A model generated the notes under the pieces. That model was not told the origin of the DNA. It saw only the letters and a list, made by a program, of their open reading frames with translations, and searched no databases. Shown here piece after piece: positions 59,667 to 64,000 of a stretch of 64,000 nucleotides of DNA. The DNA comes from Nannocystales bacterium. GTDB taxonomy: Bacteria; Myxococcota_A; Polyangia; Nannocystales; Nannocystaceae. Position 1 is the stretch's first letter; every line of letters starts with the position of its first letter. Where the stretch lies: assembly GCA_050633305.1 (NCBI GenBank), contig JBOEGF010000026.1:1-64000 (forward strand), written 5' to 3'. Both the position numbers and the translations under genes were made by a program.

Positions 59667-62600
59667 ATGATCTGCGTCGTGATCGCATCGCTCGAGAACG
59701 GCCGTGGCCGGGTCGAACGAGCCGAAGGCGTCATCGTGGTCGGACGCGATGCCCGCTCCACCGTCGTCCTCGACGAGCGGGGCGTTTCGGGATCCCACTG
59801 CCGCTTCAGCCCAATGCCGGAGTTGCCCGGCGCCTACCTGCTCGAGGACCTCGCGAGCACCTACGGCACGTTCGTCAACAGCGCGCGCGTGGGTCGGCCC
59901 GTGGTGGTCTCGGGGCGTGATGTCGTCTCGGTTGGGGGCAGCATGTTGATGCTGGCGCCCCCGGGCCAAGAGCAAGCCGCGATCGCCAGGCTCTCTGCGA
60001 TGGCATCTCCCGCGCCGGAGCCGGCGGCGCCAACTCCCATGGCGCCTCCGGCCGCCGCAGGACTCGGTGCGTTCGACCCCGCGGCACCGTGGATGCAGCA
60101 GTTCGAGCACTTCGACGGGTTGGCGCGCAGCTGGCAAGACTCCGGGCGTCCCAAGGGGAAGCTCCTGCGCGGACCGATCGTTCGCATCGCCGAGCAGTGG
60201 TTGGCGGCCGGCATCAATCAGAGCCCCACCCCTGGCGCATTGCACCGAGACTTCGTCGAGCAGAGCCGCAACGGCCGGCTATTTCGGCTGCAGATGCTGG
60301 TGCTGCTCGTGGTGCTGGGTGTGATCGTGGTGGGAGGCGGAACTGCGGCGTTCATCTTCCGAGCCGACCTCCTGCAGCTGTGGAATGGGAGCACGGTCGC
60401 CACCGACGTGGAACCGCCGCCGGAGTTTGCGGAACGCTCGGAGGCGAAGCCGGTCGAGTTGGCCGCACTCGTGCGCGCGGTGCAAGCCGAACCCAAGTCG
60501 ACCCGTCGGCTTCTGCTCGAGAGTGCGGTGGCCGAGGTCGCTCGGAGCCAGGGCCGTCCGCTGTTGTCGGACGTCGTCTGGGACCTTCAACGGTCTGCCC
60601 ACGACACGCTCGCCCAGGAGCGGGCTACGGTCTTGCGCGGACACGTTGCCCCGATCACGGACGTGGAGTTTTCTGTGGACGGGGTCCGGGTCGCCAGCGC
60701 AAGTGAAGACGGCAGCGCCCGGCTCTGGGATTTTTCGGCACCCTCGCCCGGCCGAGTCTCCACGCTGCGTGGGCACATCGGCGCGGTGAACATGTTGGCG
60801 TTTTCTCCCGATGGCACGCGTCTGGTCACCGGAGGGGACGGGGGAAAGGTCTGGCTGTGGGACGTGGGCGCCGATGAGCCGGCGGCATCGGGCGTGTTGT
60901 TGCGACACCACAAGGCCCGTGTCCTCTCGCTCGCGTGGCACTCAGACGGAAAACGCTTGGCCACCGCAGATGAGACCGGTGTGCTGGCGCTGTGGGACGT
61001 GGACGAGCCGCGAGGTCCCGAGTCGACACGGACGGCCCACGAGGGCGCAATCACCAACCTGGTGTTTGACACGTCTGACCCTCCGGCGCTCTGGTCCGCC
61101 GGCGAGGACCGGGTCGCACGTCAGTGGGCCCTTCGGGAGGACGGCTCCCTCGCCCGGGTACGTACCCTGGACGACCATCTGGGCGGCGTCACCTCTCTCG
61201 CGGTCTCGGACGACGGCCGCTGGGCTGCGACCGCGACCTCGGCGGGAGAGGTCTTCCTGTGGCCGCGCGGGACCCGTCGCAAGCGAGGCCGAGGCAAGAA
61301 GAAAGCCGGTCCCCTCCCGGCGCTGCCCTTGGTGGGGCACAAGGGGCTGGTTGCCTCGGTCGCCTTCACTCCGGATGGGCACTGGTTGATCACCGCGGGC
61401 AAGGCCGGACTGCGGATGTGGGATCTGCGGGCCAAGGATCCTGGCATCGCGAGCGTCGTGCTCTCCGGCCACTCCGGAGACGTCACCCAGATGGTGCTCG
61501 CGGCGGGAAACCGGGCGGTGACCGGGGCCACCGACAACACACTGAGAGTCTGGGACCTGGAGAAGTCTCAGACCGTGATCTCATCCGCAGTGCTCGACGG
61601 CCATGTCGCCAGCGTTCAAGCGGTGGCCGTCTCCAAGGATGGACTTCGAGTCGCCTCCGGCGGTGAGGACAACACGGTGAGGGTTTGGGACGCGTTCGGG
61701 GCCTCGGCGGGTCGCGGTGGCGCCATCTTGCGGGTCGGCCCGACCGCGGTGCAGGACTTCGGGGTCTCCAATTCGGACACCGTGCTCGGGCTCTCAACCG
61801 CCGAGGTCAAAGTCTGGACGCTTGCCGATCGCAGTCGGTGGCGGATGCCTACGATCCTCGAGGGGGCATCGGGTCTGCTCAAGGCCGGCGCGATCGATCG
61901 GGACGGGAAGTTCGCGGCGGCCGGATCGGAGACGGGCCCGATCTACGTGTGGTCGCTGGCCAACACAGCGCGCGCGCCGACGGTTCTCGAGGGACACACC
62001 GGGCCGGTCAACGCGCTGTCCTATCTTCCGGACGGTCGCCTCGTTTCGATCAGCAGCGATCGCACCGTTCGGGTGTGGGACGCGCGCGCCCCCGAGGCCG
62101 CGACCCCGTGGACCGGTCATTCCGATGAGGTCGTTGCGCTCGCCGTGTCTCCGGCTGGTGATGTTGTGTTTACCGGTGGCCTCGACGGCATGCTGCTTCG
62201 GTGGAACGTCGCGGATGGCACGTCCACGCCCATGCCAGGTCACGAAGGCGAGGTCCTGCAGATTCGGGTCTCGCCCGATGGCAGCCGCGTCGCCTCCGGC
62301 AGTGCGGACTTCAAGGCTCATGTCTGGGACGCCAGCACGGGGAAGCTCCTGCACGAGATGCGCGGGCACAAGGAGAAGGTCTTCTCGGTCGCGTTCGGTC
62401 GCAGCAAGAAGCTCGCGACCGGGGGGGCCGACGGCAGAGTCCTGCTGTGGGACCTCACCTCAGAGCAGCCCCACGAGTCGCCGCGACCCCTCGTTGGCCA
62501 CGAGCAGTCCGTCACGGCGCTCGTCTTCAGTCGTGACCTCGAGGTCTTGGCCAGCGGAAGCAACGACAAAACCGTGCGGCTGTGGCGTTTGGACACCGGG

Positions 62601-62822
62601 CGTGAGCTTGTCCTTCCGGGGCACGACCGCATCGTCGCCGGGTTGAAGATCACCCAAGACGGCGCGCACCTGATCTCAGGCGGGTTCGACGGCACTCTGA
62701 GGGTTTGGCCGCTCGCCCATACCAGTTTCATCCGGACCCTTTGCGACGTTGTTGGCCAGTCGCTGCCCGAAGGTGAGGCCGCCGCCGCGTTGGGCGTCCC
62801 AGTCCAAGACCCCTGCTTGTAG
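59667..62822 (+). CDS. FHA-TM-WD40 repeat protein
   Basis: FHA (VGR, VSGSHC, DLASTYGTFVN); TM helix; about 14 GH...WD repeats. Start set at ATG 59667. Confidence 0.9.
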   Translation: MICVVIASLENGRGRVERAEGVIVVGRDARSTVVLDERGVSGSHCRFSPMPELPGAYLLEDLASTYGTFVNSARVGRPVVVSGRDVVSVGGSMLMLAPPGQEQAAIARLSAMASPAPEPAAPTPMAPPAAAGLGAFDPAAPWMQQFEHFDGLARSWQDSGRPKGKLLRGPIVRIAEQWLAAGINQSPTPGALHRDFVEQSRNGRLFRLQMLVLLVVLGVIVVGGGTAAFIFRADLLQLWNGSTVATDVEPPPEFAERSEAKPVELAALVRAVQAEPKSTRRLLLESAVAEVARSQGRPLLSDVVWDLQRSAHDTLAQERATVLRGHVAPITDVEFSVDGVRVASASEDGSARLWDFSAPSPGRVSTLRGHIGAVNMLAFSPDGTRLVTGGDGGKVWLWDVGADEPAASGVLLRHHKARVLSLAWHSDGKRLATADETGVLALWDVDEPRGPESTRTAHEGAITNLVFDTSDPPALWSAGEDRVARQWALREDGSLARVRTLDDHLGGVTSLAVSDDGRWAATATSAGEVFLWPRGTRRKRGRGKKKAGPLPALPLVGHKGLVASVAFTPDGHWLITAGKAGLRMWDLRAKDPGIASVVLSGHSGDVTQMVLAAGNRAVTGATDNTLRVWDLEKSQTVISSAVLDGHVASVQAVAVSKDGLRVASGGEDNTVRVWDAFGASAGRGGAILRVGPTAVQDFGVSNSDTVLGLSTAEVKVWTLADRSRWRMPTILEGASGLLKAGAIDRDGKFAAAGSETGPIYVWSLANTARAPTVLEGHTGPVNALSYLPDGRLVSISSDRTVRVWDARAPEAATPWTGHSDEVVALAVSPAGDVVFTGGLDGMLLRWNVADGTSTPMPGHEGEVLQIRVSPDGSRVASGSADFKAHVWDASTGKLLHEMRGHKEKVFSVAFGRSKKLATGGADGRVLLWDLTSEQPHESPRPLVGHEQSVTALVFSRDLEVLASGSNDKTVRLWRLDTGRELVLPGHDRIVAGLKITQDGAHLISGGFDGTLRVWPLAHTSFIRTLCDVVGQSLPEGEAAAALGVPVQDPCL

Positions 62823-62843
62823 CCCGGCCCGTCGGAGCCGTGC

Positions 62844-64000
62844 CTACTCGTCGTCGCCCAGACCGCGGATGCTGTTGTTGCGGCAATCTTGGTCCGTTCG
62901 AGCGCACTTGAAGCGAACATGGATGTGCCCAACGTGTCCGGTGGAGTGCGAGACGATCGCGCCTCCGGCTCCGCGGCCCCGCGGCCACTGAATCTTCGCG
63001 AGTTCTTCCTCCGTCGCGCCCATCTCGACAGCCGCGCGATAGAGCTTCTCGTGCAGCGGGTAGTCGAGGAAGATCTTGATCACCTCGCCGGTCTCCATCA
63101 GTGCGCGTACCAGCCCCCACGTCGCGTACCAGTCGACCTCGCTCGACAAGGGCTTGCGCTCCCGCTCTTTCCCGGTGCCGAGGTACTTGTGCTTGTAGAC
63201 GCCCTTGAGCGTCGGCATCCAGATGTCGATGTCGCGGCCTGCTTGGTGAGACTTGTGCGGCGGAAACTTGCCGCCATTGCGCCGGGACATGTCCGCGAGC
63301 ACGAGTTCGTGGTCGAATGTGAGGTCTTGGCGGAACCGGGCAATGGCCTTGAGCAGCGTCTCGATCGTGTGGCTCGAGCCCCACATGATGTTTTTGTACC
63401 GCCGGATGTACAGCGGGCTCTCGGGGATCTGGACGCCATTCTTGAGCTTGCCCTGGTTGGGCGCGCCCACCGAGATGGCGCCCGCTCGAATCTCGAACTC
63501 GGGCAGCTCCAGCGTCTCCGAGCGCCGGGTGTATGGCTTGGGGTTGATCCACACCGCGATGCGCTGGCCCTCCCGAAGCTCCTCGACGCCCGGGTTGTAC
63601 GAACGCAGCTTCGACGGGTCGACGTCGAAGCGCTCGCTCAGTGACTTCCAGTCGTAGTCTCGGTCGAGTTCGAAGTCGATGAGCTGCTGCGGCAGCGGGA
63701 CCTTGGCCGCGTGGATCCTCAGCTTGAGTCCGGTCTCGATCTCAGGTGCGTCGGGGTTGAGTTCGTTCCAGCGCGCCACGTTCGAGACCGTCGCCCCGTA
63801 GCGGCGGGCGATGTCGTCGATCGACTCCGCGGGGATGACCTTGTGCTCGACCCACGTCAGCTCGACTGCGGGTTCGGCCGCCCGCTTGGTCTGGAGCGGA
63901 AGCGGTTCGAGTTTGGGCTCGTCGTCGTCGGCGGTGGCCACCGGAGTCTCGTCGCCGCTCTCCCAGGGCTTCGTGAACCACAGACCGCCCGCCACGATCG
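62844..64000 (-). CDS. LysM-containing penicillin-insensitive murein endopeptidase (MepA/M74-like); 5' end beyond window
   Basis: Two LysM-like repeats (HKV..AESIDDIARRYG.....VARWN), G.P..GKL.NG, WG, D.S...GG...PH.SHQ.GRD.D, H..HIHVR. Frame stays open to the window end. Confidence 0.88.
   Translation of the reverse strand, partial: IVAGGLWFTKPWESGDETPVATADDDEPKLEPLPLQTKRAAEPAVELTWVEHKVIPAESIDDIARRYGATVSNVARWNELNPDAPEIETGLKLRIHAAKVPLPQQLIDFELDRDYDWKSLSERFDVDPSKLRSYNPGVEELREGQRIAVWINPKPYTRRSETLELPEFEIRAGAISVGAPNQGKLKNGVQIPESPLYIRRYKNIMWGSSHTIETLLKAIARFRQDLTFDHELVLADMSRRNGGKFPPHKSHQAGRDIDIWMPTLKGVYKHKYLGTGKERERKPLSSEVDWYATWGLVRALMETGEVIKIFLDYPLHEKLYRAAVEMGATEEELAKIQWPRGRGAGGAIVSHSTGHVGHIHVRFKCARTDQDCRNNSIRGLGDDE

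Overview
High-GC window that reads like a myxobacterial (Nannocystales-like) chromosome. This is inferred from MYXO-CTERM sorting tails, AgmX/PglI-type C-termini, a DUF1552/DUF1592 pair, four Ser/Thr kinases and many lipoproteins. Left edge (1-3.7 kb): the 5' end of an unlisted Y1/RAYT-like tyrosine transposase gene (minus strand, GTG at 76) with a sigma54-type promoter. Beside it are four perfect 29-bp palindrome-containing repeats and an apparently more AT-rich islet whose genes carry three single-base frameshifts. Middle: SPFH pair, bestrophin, M16 peptidase pair, LysR plus MBL hydrolase, kinases, VIT-vWA protein, GH25 muramidase, a membrane-tethered ECF sigma factor, tandem HTTM/SdpAB-like fusion paralogues coupled to a methyltransferase, and an ECF-kinase-TPR module divergent from DUF1592/DUF1552/LamG genes. 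Right (44-64 kb): a partial type VI secretion locus with only tssJ, tssL, tssM, tssK, tagF and tagH, and no tube, sheath, spike, wedge or ClpV genes in view. It is interleaved with an FHA-fused degenerate Tad/CpaF-like ATPase, a kinase, an FHA-TM-WD40 protein and a LysM-MepA endopeptidase. No rRNA, tRNA or CRISPR-cas was recognised. All family calls are by-eye motif recognition, not database searches.
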